From Lytechinus pictus (taxonomy: Eukaryota), in the NCBI RefSeq assembly GCF_037042905.1, contig NC_087263.1:9612001-9676000 (forward strand): DNA of 64,000 nt, given 5' to 3'. Shown in pieces: positions 1-12,487 of the stretch. Below the pieces are notes generated by a model, which was given only the letters and a program-made list of their open reading frames with translations, made no database searches and was not told the origin of the DNA. Positions within the stretch are counted from its first letter, which is position 1; each line of letters begins with the position of its first letter. A program made the translations under genes and the position numbers.

Positions 1-1258
1 TTCTCTTTCCACACAAGCCCACTTGTTCCAAAGGTTTCATTCTCTTTTAAAAAATAAACTCTGGTAGTGGTAACAACTCAAAATGAAATGTTCCCCCCCC
101 AAAAAAAATTCTACAGAATTATAAAAAAATATATATATCTGGCAAATGATTTTTCATGAAACTGTATATTTACAGAGTCATGAGTAACTGAAGATCGGAA
201 AAATTACTGAAAAATGCCCGTCTACATATAGTGTGGTCCCACATGTTTTTTCCTCTGTTAGCTGCAACATGAAAAACATGTGGTAAAGAAATTAAAATAA
301 TTTCAAGCAAACCTGAATTATTTCGATTAAAAGTTTTTGTTCTAAATAGGTGTTCTGGTATATAATATACACTTTAGGATTGCTTCCAAACATTTTCCAA
401 TCAAAATTAGATTTCTCTACTAGAACGTGAACTTTGCTTTATGTTGACTTTTAAACGTCTATTTATAACCAAATCCAGCAGACCTAGCTCTTAAAAAAAT
501 TGTTAATATTTTAAAAATATGAATGTTACAGTTCGAATCATGAGGATTTTTAATTATATATCTATGAAAGTTATTTTTAAATACTTATGAAGTGAGACAA
601 CCGAAGTCATCTTTCTATTAAAGGGTTTCCTCGAACAGATTTGTATAAGAAACTAATCAAGATGAGGACATGGAGTTTTATTGGGGTTTCTTTTGCCAAA
701 AGCTAGTTTTCATTCTTTTTTAATGCACCAGTACAAGGAAAATGCTAGATAATACCTTAATTATTAAAAAATATGTAAAACATAGCTCACTCACAAGATG
801 TGGGTCCTGCTTCATAAAAAACTTGTTATAATAGCAAATACTTGCTTTCTGTAACAAATTTACTATCAACCGATCAGATTGAAGGATTTCATTAGCTTTT
901 AACTGTCATTGCAAATTTGTTATTATAAGAAATTTTATGAAATGCCTCCCCCTCTGATTGATTCTATGACTTAGCTTGCAAGTTAAACAATTTGAAGTAC
1001 CACATAGCTGTCATCAGTGAACATCTCTGACGACTTTTTTTGTGAAGCATTCCCCTGACATATTGTGGCAGCGGTGGGATACAATGAATTACATTGCCAC
1101 ATGTGAAGATGATATGGATTGCTTATTATCAAAAAAAGTTTGAGTGATTCTTTCGTCAGAATGATTAACACAGACTCTTTTTTGGCTGGTGAGTGTTTTA
1201 TGAGAATAAATGAAATTGAATTGAAATATTAACAGTGCCATTTTCTTCTTCCATCTAG

Positions 1259-1444
1259 GTTGCCAATGGACATGTAAACCTGGGTGCCATGCTGCACCTG
1301 AATGGAAAGCTTGAAGAAGCCCAGGCAAGCTACCTGAAGGCACTGTCTTTGAAGCCTGATGATCCAACCAGTCTTCAGAACCTCAAGAAACTACGCAACC
1401 TCATGGCCAAGAAGGCGCAAGCCAATAAGCAACCAGAGTCGTGA
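1259..1444 (+). CDS. TMTC2: Terminal coding exon of a TPR-repeat protein O-mannosyltransferase (TMTC family, most like TMTC2); upstream exons lie outside the window
   Basis: Pyrimidine tract and acceptor ttttcttcttccatctag| at 1258. Frame reads VANGHVNLGAMLHLNGKLEEAQASYLKALSLKPDDPTSLQNLKKLRNLMAKKAQANKQPES*, matching the recalled TMTC2 C-terminal TPR (NLGAILHLNG...YLRALQLKPDD...NLRKLWN). TGA at 1442-1444. Confidence 0.8.
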   Translation, partial: VANGHVNLGAMLHLNGKLEEAQASYLKALSLKPDDPTSLQNLKKLRNLMAKKAQANKQPES

Positions 1445-3537
1445 TGAAGGCCAGAATGAAAAATATTCTAAGACCATATTTCTCTAACTTTAGCCGACCT
1501 GATGGACTCGGTAACATCGTTGGAAGCCATACCTTAAAAGACATGGGAGAGGTACTTGAAGGCACTTTACTTGAAGACAGGTCACCCACCGAGTGTCTAG
1601 AATCCCAAAAAGATTTGCAATGATGATCCAATCGAACCTACGCAACCTCACTGTCAAGTTACTGTTGAACAAGCAACAGTTGAAGACAACAGAAATTTTA
1701 GAGAACATGGAAGAACTAGTTGCCCACAACTTCCAACAGTCTTGGTACACTCAAAAATTGTTAGAAGACCCTCAAGCATTATTAGAAGATACTCTGCATG
1801 ATGAAGTAGCAAGTGTCAAGAAGCATCATGGTGCTTTCCAAGGCCATGAACAAAGAATCCTTAGCTGTCAGGCAGCCCCTTAATCGTGAAAGCAATGGCC
1901 TTTATGGAAGTCCTATGTGTCTACAACCTCAGCAAATTTTCTTGACTTTTATTGAAGACACTCTGCGTGAATCAGGAGGATTCAGAGTAACAGTCACCGG
2001 ACCCTCAAGAAACCACTTCACCTTGTAGCCAAAAGGCATCAACTAAAACTACGAAGAAAGCAACGAGAGTAACATCTGAAGGTTCTAGGTCTCCAGAGAT
2101 TCAACAGCTTTGGATACTCTCTAAAAGAAATGACTGTCTGAGCTTTGGGAAGTTCAAGGCCCCATAACATATTGCTTAGTGAATTATAGTACTGCTGATA
2201 TTCACAATTGATCATACACAATGATTAATGGAATTGATCATAGAAATCATCCTCATGATCAAAGATTGCTAAGCTTTATCAAATACACTACAAGGGAAGA
2301 CTGGACAGTCAATAGAGCGCGCAATGAAACGCTTGGGAAGAGCTTCCACAGTGTCGAGTAAGTAGACCTTCACCAGCAATCGCCTATCGCCATTTTGGGT
2401 TGTGTACAAAACATATGAGGGAAGTGGTGGAGGAGTTGGAGGAATAGATGATCTTTACATTAATTTTTTTTTCTGAAATTAGAAATGAATATATTTTAGA
2501 GGTTTCTGAGTAATAAAAGGATGAATTATTCCCATGCACCGCCCTTTGCCCTCTCTTATTTCCCCATATGTATTATACACAGCCGTGTGGCGATGTGCGA
2601 TGGTTTACCTACTCAACGCTGGGGGGCGCCCTTCCCCTTGAGCGAAAACGATCGTTTCAAACCTTCGCTGAAGTTTCTGTTCTTCCTCTTGTAGCGTCTT
2701 TGGCTTTATGTTGAAGGGCCCAGGAGACCTACCTGAAGTCAAACTTCTTTTAGTAAAGACTTGAAGTCTGATGATGTACCACTGTCCACAACCTTTAGAA
2801 ACTACGCAAAATCATGAAGACCAAGAAGTCACAGATGAACAAGCAGCAACAGGATTTATGAGAGAATATGATATGAAAGAGTGTGTCTGAAACGTCAAGA
2901 GCATTGATCATCCGATGAAATCAAGTCAAAGTATGAGCTGAGGACGCTTGGGCAAGTTACTTGAAGGCACTCTCCTTGAAGTCAGATGAATCTGATAATG
3001 CAGTCACACTAACGAAACTGACCCTAGACCAATGACAGATATCATGTTATCCCTATTGACATACCATCGGTCGTTTGGGAATCAGTTTTTCTTTATGTGA
3101 CATAAGTGTCATAATGCCATTAACATCAATAAGCAACAGAATCTAGTGGCCAAGCCGAAGCAGTAAAAAAATCAAATAAAAACAACAGCATGAAATCCTG
3201 AGGAATATTTTGTAGCATTTATTGAACATGAACAGAATACAATGTAACAGAAATTCTCTAAATAGTGATATAAGGCTGATGTAGAAAGATGCTTTCATTT
3301 GTAATCTTCAATGCTAGACTGAAAATAACCCTAATCCTGACTTTCCAATAAAATTTTATACATTAATACAAATCCCCTTGGGCATTTGCCCTTTATCTTT
3401 TACTCCACATATAAGGACATATTTGAATTGAATTAGACAAAACTAAGTGCAATATTTGATAATTGAGTTTAACCTGTATTACTTATTTAAGATGTTAACT
3501 GAATGGTAAATGCCAAATTCTAATGAAATTCAGTTTG

Positions 3538-3740
3538 CACTCTAATAAAGATTGAGTAAAAATTTACCCAATATTGGGTAGAAAGGGAACAAGCATGTTT
3601 GCTGCGTAATTGTTTCCCACATATTGGGTAAAATGCAAGTTTAAAGGGTAAATTTCAATGCAAAGTATTTGGTATCATTTTACCCAGCAAGCATACATGT
3701 TCCCATTTTACCCAATATTGGGTAAACTGTTTTTAGAGTG
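3538..3740. mobile_element. CAC-terminated MITE (EnSpm/CMC-like, non-autonomous)
   Basis: Ends CACTCTAA...TTAGAGTG, flanked by TG on both sides (2-bp TSD). Internal TTTACCCAATATTGGGTA palindromic subrepeats. Confidence 0.7.
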
Positions 3741-6373
3741 TGTAATTGAGCAATATATAACTTACCCTATAGAGGGCTGGTATGATGTTGTAATACATGT
3801 ATGATGTAAAAAAACACTTATTTTCATAACATAAGTATTGTCATATTGTTAGAACAATATGTTTTCTTCACAATAATCATGGTGTATCTTTTCAATGATT
3901 GAATTCACCTAAGTTTCCACTTAATTTGAATTCTGAAATGCACTCAATATATTAAACAAGGTAAATCCTTGTTTCTTTGTGCATTTAGCTTTATCATGGG
4001 ATTATAACCTCAATTTTGAAAAATCTTATTTGCACCAACAAAATTTCAGTGATAATACAAGTAGATAAATTTATTATATTGATTATAATAATTGTAATAA
4101 AAAAATTTGACCAGCCAGCCCAAAATCAACAATGAATCTCCCCAATTGAATTTTGAGATTTCTGTTGAGCTTAAAAAGCACATCCAAAGCTTGGAAATGA
4201 TGCGTAACTCTTCAAAATTGATCAACAATAACACTCACAGGCACTTGATTGAATGGAGATCTAAGACATTCTGTGAGAGGTAAAAAAAAATAACTGAAGG
4301 AGAAAACAAGGTTTGAAGTTTAGGGCTCACTCAATCCTGAGATGTGTGTACTGTAAAATCTTGGTGAAATCTATCAAGCAGTCTGTATCTTTTTTTTATT
4401 CAGCTTTCCTACCTGAAATTTTTACATTTTACTGAAATTTTTACAGAAGAAGAAGAAATACTCTTTCAGACAAGCAAATTTTTAAATTTTGGCCTTATGA
4501 AGACCAATTTACTATTTTGGCTATTTACAGAGTACCTTTCCCGGCAATTTATTGTTGGCTGTGGGGAGGCTGGTCACAAATGATAGATGAATAATTGTGA
4601 AATATTAAGATTTTTTTATCAAATGTGATTTGAAATGCCAAAATGCATTTGCCCGAAACAATGATTCTGAAATCTTTTAAATTAAGTAATTATTTAAATA
4701 ATTACGATTGTTTAAATTTGTATTTCAATTTATTTTCTTATTTCTTCCTTTCAAAAAGTTATGTAATATACATGTAATTGCAAATTTTATTTTCTCTCTT
4801 GTATTTTACTTCCCTAAATTGAGACGTTGTGTGTAATTCAGGGCAATTCAATTCAATTAAACACAGGCTTTATATAAGTATAAATACCAATACATGATAA
4901 ATAGCCAATTGATTTATATAAAGGTGAAAAGTATTAAAAACACAGAAAATGCATGAGTAAATACATTTATTATAAAGTTATAAAAATCCATTTATGATTG
5001 AAAGCCAATTTACTGAAAATGTAACAATACATTCATAGTAAGGTGAACAATGGTTCAACGTACACAGAATACGTCAGTCAGGACATTTATATGAAGTTAT
5101 CATTGTTGAATGGGCAGGACATTAAATTAAAATGGAGGCTTTTGTCAAGGATAAAAATAATATATGTGCATAATTTCCATGGATAAATACAATATCAATT
5201 TACACTAATCACTATTTTTGAAAAAGTTTGAAAGTTCATTTTAATGAACAGTCATATACACATACATGTACTGTACTTGAAGCCTGTCTGATTAATGTGA
5301 GTTATACTCAATTACCATTTAACCTTGTTATCTTACAAACGTGTAGCGGCTGTTGATTGTGTCAACCGTCAATTCTTTGTGAAAATTTGATTTTTGAGGG
5401 TTTTTAAATGTAAGTAGCATCCTCTTTTATTCAGGTTTTTAAATGTAAAATTTAAACACTTATCTTACGACTTTAGTAATTGGATATCAGAACGCTACAG
5501 ACAAAGATTATATCCTGAAATGTTCAGCCTATTCACATGGTTCGGAATAGGTCTTATATCAAAGAAGATTTTTTTTTAATGGATATTTCAATAAAAAAAA
5601 TATTCACGTAAAAAATAAAAAGTTTATCCAGTAAAACACATATCTTTTGATAATCATAATTTTTTTGGGGGCGTACACATTTATATATTTTAGTAATCAA
5701 TAGGAATAGTGATAAGCACTGGGGAGGTCTGACTTACCAAAATTTTAGATAGGCTTTATTCTGTTTATTCGTGTAAAGGAAAATAATCTACACATATGTT
5801 CAGGTCTGATTATCTTCTCTATCTGAAATAAAAAGATATACCCTGTATGTTAAAGTAAGTATTTCTTGAAAGGTTACGAAATTGTGATATTAAAGATGCC
5901 CTCTAAAATTTGATTGTAGAATCTGTCTATCTGTAATATCATAATTTGTACTTATCATTTATATTTCGTATTTTTCTTTCTTAAGTAAGAATGTTATATG
6001 TTTATTGACTTTTTATGATTTATGATTTATCCCACCGAATTATACTTGTAATTTTCCTTGATTTTTTCTGGGCTGAACTTAAATTTGTTACAATTTTATA
6101 ATGGTTGAACAATAGGTTGCTAATCCATATGATTATGTTTTATTTACTTGTAAATATTGTAGTTTGAAAAGTGCCTATATTTTCTTATCTATTTCACACA
6201 AACTTATTGTATGTTGTATTGCTATTACAACTAAAATGTGCAATCGTTTTTATTACCATGGTGTAATATTTACCACTTAACTTGTTGACTACTGGATGTC
6301 CCACCTCAATAGATATCATAGCATGTTTAGGTTCCAGTGGCCAATTAGTTAATTGTTTCATGACTTTTGATGA

Positions 6374-6700
6374 GATGATGAAAAGGTCAATAAACCATTC
6401 TTTTACTTTAAAACACTGTCAGACTGTATAGTATGTTTAGTGAGTGTGACAAATAGTTTTGTGGAGAAAATGAGTTTTGGAGATGGAGAGGATGAGAGAG
6501 GGAGAGAGAGGGGGGGGGGGTAGAGAGATGGAAAGAATGATGATGAAAAGGTCAATAAACCATTCTTTTACTTTAAAACACTGTGTGGTATATGTTCAGT
6601 GAGTGTGATAAATAGTTTTGTGGAGAAAATGAGTTTTGGAGATGGAGAGGATGAGAGAGGGAGAGAGAGAGAGGGGGGGGGGGTAGAGAGATGGAAAGAA
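6374..6700 (+). repeat. Direct tandem duplication, ~165-bp period, each copy with AATAAA
   Basis: gatgatgaaaaggtcaataaaccattcttttactttaaaacactgt...gatggaaagaa occurs twice. AATAAA at 6389 and 6554. Confidence 0.85.
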
Positions 6701-6745
6701 AAAGAATGGGTAAGAGGGAGAGGGTGGGGGAAGCTGGGAAGGAGG

Positions 6746-9474
6746 CAGTGTTGTAGTGCCTTGATGCTCGGCCTTGGCCTTAAGGCCTACTTTTTCAAAG
6801 CCTTAGCCTTGAACATTCAAGCCTTGGCCTTGAGGATTTTGAGCCTTGAAATTTCAAGGCATTTTCAAAGGCATTTTCAAGGCTTTTTCAAGGCATTTTT
6901 TTGGTACTTTCATTTGTTTTTAAATAAGTAATTATAAATGTTACTATGTTATTAGTAATTGTTCTGTATATTTAATGGCACTACTTCCAGTCAGCAGTAG
7001 TTAGTGTACTAGCAGTGCCATAAATTGTGATTATCACCATCATCAAGAATCATCATCATATTCATGTATGTGACAAAGAAAACAGTAATGATGAAAAATA
7101 GCATTATTTATTGGTACCGTGTTGTAATCATGACTAATGATGATAATGATAGTAATAATCATTATGATAAAGATTACAGTGATTTGATGACAGGAATAAT
7201 TCTGACAGATCTGACCGCAAATTTTGGCAACAATTTTCATAAAGAATAATAACAAGGACTTTCATTGTATTATTTCCTTTGGCCAAGAAGAATGTTTTAA
7301 GTATTAATGATATTCTGAAAAGATTTGGTAAACTTGAACACAATCTTCAATTTTGTCATATCCAAATGGGTTATGTCAATGGCATGATGAACCAAAAGTT
7401 TTGAGAGGCCAAGCATGGCATATATAGAGAGCAAAATTTCTGCCAAAAAAAGTTGAAAGCAATTGAAGTGAGCGAGCGAGCAAAATTTTTCACCCTCTTA
7501 CTATAAGAAAAGCTAATTTTTGTGATAGATTGTGACAATATGTTAAGAAAATAATATCACATTTACTCCTTTAATCCATATTTTATTGTTCGAAATAGAC
7601 ACCAGAAATGAAACACTCCTAAAATTTGTTTTGCCCAATTGATCGTGGGCCCGGCAGCCGCTGTGCAGCGCCAGATCGACGAGGCTCTATCCCTTTAATT
7701 ATTGAACGCCAAACAGGGTAGCAGCAACTCCCATCTTTAAACGTCTTTTGGTCTGACGCGGCCGGGGTTTGAACCCCCGACCTCCCGGTTGTGAGACGGA
7801 CGCTCTACCAACTGAGCCAACACACCGGTTACCTTTCCCTTTTTCCTTTTCTAAGTTTATTCTTGGTGGTGGAACTTCTCTCTCTTTTTTGAGGGGGGAG
7901 AGGGGGTTCTGATATTTGTAAAGAGGTGAGAAAGAGGGAATATAACTTTATTTTGTTAGTATTCTTTATTCCGGTTTTTGAGGTAAGATAAGTGTAGAAG
8001 ATACAAGAAATGAAAATTGAAATTTAAAAAGGGGTTGTGAGCAGGAAAAAAACATGAGAACGGACACGAGTCCTAAAAGTGACTCATTTTCAGGTCAGCA
8101 TTTGAAAATTTCAACTTGTGCTCTCTTGCCCCCCCCCCCCGAAAAAATCCTTGTAGGAAAAAATGCCACTTTTCCAAAAATTGGAAATACTCTTTTTTCC
8201 AAATGAAATGTGCCCTTTTAAAATAAAATACCTTTTTTTAAATTGTAAATTATAATACATTTTAGGTTCGAAAATCGCCAAATTTTGGATCGCGCTTGCA
8301 GCATTTATTGTTTAGTATACAGTATTAATCCTATTCATGGTTACAAAAATGTTTAGAATTTTCAGGTTAGAATATCACAAATTTTTGGTTCGCGTTCTGC
8401 ACTTGCATCAATTATTGTTAGGTACATGTAAGGTACTCAATATGTTCCTGTTTACAAAAAAAATGTTTAGAATATCCAATTTTCAGGTTGGAATATCACA
8501 AATTTTTGAGCTCACGCTCTGCGCTCGCATTATTTGATCGGTGAGTTATGTATCATATTTATGAGTCACTAAACATGCTAAATGCAGTCCTTAACAGCTT
8601 ACTTTGCGGACCTGTCAGTATATTAAAAATTTCAGCTCGCGCTTAATTCTTAGTTAGATGCACATCTTTTTCATGATTACAAAAACAGCCCGGAATATTT
8701 AATTTTTATGTCTCAATGTCAAAAAGTTTTGCTTATGATTCGCGCTGGCAACATCTCGCAAGGATGTCCTTTTAAAAGTGATTAGCCCTGTAATTGACCA
8801 AACATCAAGTTTTTCAACTTCAAAATTGAATTTTTTTAAAACCACTAAATCCAAATATCTGTCTTATCAATGAGAAATCACTAAAAAGGCTTTGGTCAAC
8901 TTAATTTCAACAAAATACACAACTACTTCACGTAGTTGATAATCTCATTTTGAAAACATCTGTTTGCACCAAATGCCAATTTTGACATATAAGTACCCTT
9001 TTTGGTTTTGACCCCCCCCCCAAACAAAATACGTTCTGCCGCCCCTGTCCCAGGGAGTGGAGAAAGACATACGTTGAGAACGGGCATGCCAGGATCAGAT
9101 GACCGTGGTAATAATAATTATTGCAATGTAAATCACATAAAAATAATAAATTATAATAATAATTTAATAATAAAATAATAATAATTATTATATGTACAAA
9201 GGAAACTATATTATTATTTTAAATTAATGTCTAAATCTACCATGAAATTATTTTTGTTTTTCATGTACAAAAGTCAAAATTTTTGCTCGCTCAGTTCGCT
9301 CGCTCTCACCTATTAACGTTTGGAATGCCTTGGCATTGGCCTTGAGGTTTTCAGGCCTTGGCCTTGGCCTTGGCCTTGGGTTTCCATGCATTGGCCTCAG
9401 CCTTGGGTATTGAAGCCTTGGCCTTGGGTATTAAAGCCTTGGCCTTGGAGGTTTATGCCTTGACTACAACACTG
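6746..9474. mobile_element. Non-autonomous hAT-like DNA transposon with (GGCCTT)n subterminal repeats
   Basis: TIR CAGTGTTGTAGT / ACTACAACACTG. Flanks gaaggagg / gaatgagg (7/8-identical 8-bp TSD). GGCCTT hexamer runs near both ends. No transposase ORF. Confidence 0.75.
7575..7829 (-). mobile_element. tRNA-derived SINE, nested in the hAT element
   Basis: Minus strand reads accggtgtgttGGCTCAGTTGGtagagcg...GGTTCAAACCcc (Pol III A and B boxes) followed by a non-tRNA body. A related copy lies at 48993-49235. Confidence 0.8.
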
Positions 9475-9500
9475 GAATGAGGAGAGGGGGAATAGAGGTG

Positions 9501-9701
9501 CACTCTAAATCCCAAGGATTTAAAATAAATCCAGATCAGCTGTGAATAGATATCAGATTTAGATTTAAACCTTGTTGATTTAAATCTAAAAGATTCGAAT
9601 TTAAATCCTTTGAGATTTAAAAGTTAATCCTTAAGATTTAAAATAAATTTGGCTGGTCACTACTCACAGCCAATCTGGATTTATTTTAAATTCATGGAGT
9701 G
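9501..9701. mobile_element. CAC-terminated MITE (EnSpm/CMC-like)
   Basis: CACTCTAAAT...ATGGAGTG ends with TG 2-bp TSD. Internal inverted arms tttaaaataaatccagat / atctggatttattttaaa. Confidence 0.65.
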
Positions 9702-9862
9702 TGATGTGAAGGGAGAGAAAGATATATGGGGGGGGGGGGGGGGCTGGGAGGGAGAGAGAGAATGAGAGTGGGAGAGAGATGACAAGAAAGAAGGTGAGAG
9801 AAGTGATGAGGGTGAGAGAAGAAGAGAGTGAAGCAAGGAGGAGGAAAGAGAGAGGGTGAGAT

Positions 9863-9976
9863 CAGTGGCGGACCGTGACCCGGAGGAGACAATTGATTGG
9901 AGGGGCACTGTATTGTTTGTGAACAATGCTGTCCCCCTCCAATGCTTTGTCTCCTCCGGGTCACGGTCCGCCACTG
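9863..9976. mobile_element. Miniature hairpin hAT-type MITE
   Basis: CAGTGGCGGACCGTGACCCGGAGGAGACAA ... TTGTCTCCTCCGGGTCACGGTCCGCCACTG perfect inverted arms. TSD ggtgagat / ggttagat. Confidence 0.85.
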
Positions 9977-10631
9977 GGTTAGATGTAGTCTAGTTCTAGA
10001 CGATTTTAATCGAATCTATTTTCATCATCATCATCACGGGTACACAGCAACAGAACGAAAGTTCCATGACACTGTGGTCGGGTGCAGATGCGACATTGAT
10101 TAGTTTAGAGCAGCCTCACCGATATACGTACTATCCCGTGCGTACTTACGCACGGGATAGTACGTATATATTGGTGAAAATAGATTCGACTAGGTGAGAT
10201 GCAGAATGGACAGAGAATTATAAAATGGGACTGAGAATTAAGAAAGAGAATGAGAAAGAAATATAGAGGAAAGAATGAAAGAAGAGGGAAAATAGAAACA
10301 GGGGGGGGGTGTTACACCCACAAATGTAATAATCGCCCACAAATGTAATAACGCCCACAAATGTAATAACACTTTACCCACAAATGTAATAACGCCCACA
10401 AATGTAATAACACTTTACCCACAAATGTAATAATTTCGCCCACAAATGTAATAATGCACTTTACCCACAAATGTAATAATTTTTGATCGCCCACAAATGT
10501 AATAATGACTTTACCCACAAATGTAATAAATTTGAAGGGATTTTTGGCGAATCCGTTCTAAACTAAAATCCTGTAGTAATGCGTTCATATAGCGATTGAC
10601 CTATTGTAATAGGTCCATGATATAGCGCAAA

Positions 10632-11619
10632 AGTGCAAAGTCTTTTTTCCAGACCCGGTTAATAAAAAAATTATAATGTAAGTCCAAAGTCTTTTTTCCA
10701 GACCCGGTTGTTTCAAAAATTATAATAAAAGTCCAAAGTCTTTTTTCCAGGCCCAGTTGTTTCAAAAATTATAACATAAGTCCAAAGTCTTTTTTCCAGA
10801 CCCAGTTATCTAAAAAATTATAATAAAAGTCCAAAGTCTTTTTTCCAGACCCAGTTGTTTCAAAAATTATAGCATAAGTCCAAAGTCTTTTTTCCAGACC
10901 CAGTTATTAAAAAAATTATATTATTCGTCCAAAGTCTTTTTTCCAGACCCGGTTGTTTCAAAAATTATAATATAAGTCCAAAGTCTTTTTTCCAGACCCG
11001 GTTGATTAAAAAATTATAATATAAGTCCAAAGTCTGTTTTCCAGACCCGGTTGTTTCAAAAATTATAATATAAGTCCAAAGTCTTTTTTCCAGACCCGGT
11101 TGATTAAAAAATTATAATATAAGTCCAAAGTCTGTTTTCCAGACCCGGTTGTTTCAAAAATTATAATATAAGTCCAAAGTCTTTTTTCCAGACCCGCTTG
11201 TTTAAAAAATTATAATATTCATCCAAAGTCTTTATTCCAGACCCGGTTGTTTACAAAATTATAATATTCGTCCAAAGTCTTTTTTCCAGACCCGATTGTT
11301 TAAAAAATTATAATATAAGTCCAAAGTCTTTTTTCCAGACCCGGTTGATTCAAAAATTATAATATTCGTCCAAAGTCTTTTTACCAGACCGGGTTGTTTA
11401 AAAAATTCTAATATTCGTCCAAAGTCTTTTTTCCAGACCCGGTTGTTTCAAAAATTATAATATAAGTGCAAAGTCTTTTTTCCAGACACGGTTGTTTAAA
11501 AAATTATAATATAAGTCCAAAGTCTTTTTTCTAGACCCGGTTGTTTCAAAAATTATAAAATAAGTCCAAAGTCTTTTTTCCAGACCCAGTTATTTCAAAA
11601 ATTATAATATAAGTCCAAA
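10632..11619 (+). repeat. 49-bp tandem repeat, ~20 copies (left arm of foldback)
   Basis: Unit aagtccaaagtcttttttccagacccggttgtttcaaaaattataatat, with starts at 10974, 11023 and 11072. Confidence 0.95.
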
Positions 11620-12309
11620 CTAAGATACGATAATGATATTCCAGTAGAATGGAAATGAGAATCAAGCTTAGTCTTTTCTCCAGACCCAGTTAATCAAAAC
11701 GGGTGGAATTAATGTCTTTGTTGTTGTTTTAACTTATACGGCGCTTATTGTGAATATATGCGCTAAGAGTAAATTGAGAATCAAGCGTAGTGTTTTCTCC
11801 AGACCCAGTTACTTAAAACTAAAAACTAAAACCCTTTACCCACAAATGTAATAATGCACTTTACCCACATATGTAATAATTTTTGATCGCCCACAAATGT
11901 AATAATGACTTTACCCACATATGTTACAAAATTTGAGGGGATTTTTGGCAAATCTGTTCTAAAATAAAACCCTATAGTAATGCGTTCATATAGTGCAAAG
12001 TCACAGTCTTTTTTCTCTAGACCCGGTTATATAAAACATTTAAACAATCTTCCAAATAAAGATCCCAAAATTAATTCTTCTTATTGTTGTATAACATAGA
12101 AGTTTAGCGTAGTCTTTGCTCCAGACCCAAATATTTCAAATAGCAAATAATAATTAAAAAAAATAAAGACCCCACGATTTTATTAATGTTGAACAAAATG
12201 TAAATATAGCATAGTCTTTCCTCCAGACCCAGTTATAAAAAAAATCATTCAAAAACAAAAGAACAACAACCAAAAACAGACCCCGCAATCTTTTTTAACA
12301 TTGAATAGC

Positions 12310-12487
12310 GTGTGTGTATTTGAGTTTTGTCAGACGTGTATCAATCAGATATGATTATTTACGTCTGGGACCGACCTTTAACGTCACCATCCGAAACACG
12401 TGACCAGGGCTCGAACCTCGAACCTCTGCATCAATTTGTAACTTCCCCACATAGCTTGGATTACAGGCACACGCCACAACGCCCAGT
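12310..12487 (-). mobile_element. Short retroposon-like insertion with a 7SL/Alu-like 5' end, B-box and Deu/Nin-like core
   Basis: Minus strand ACTGGGCGTTGTGGCGTGTGCCTGTAATCCAAGCTA...GGTTCGAGCCC...TTTCGGATGGTGACGTTAAAGGTCGGTCCC...tacacacac. It interrupts a host repeat unit, with TAG on both sides. Confidence 0.65.

Noticed and set aside
1441..2028. ORFs directly after the TMTC2 stop as additional coding exons
   Set aside because: They follow an in-frame stop, lack good acceptors and are better explained as decayed exon duplicates in the 3' UTR.
12310..12487. Functional 7SL RNA gene, or human Alu contamination
   Set aside because: Similarity is limited to roughly the first 40 nt. There is no S domain, Alu body or poly-A tail, and the insert is embedded in a native repeat with short flanking duplication.
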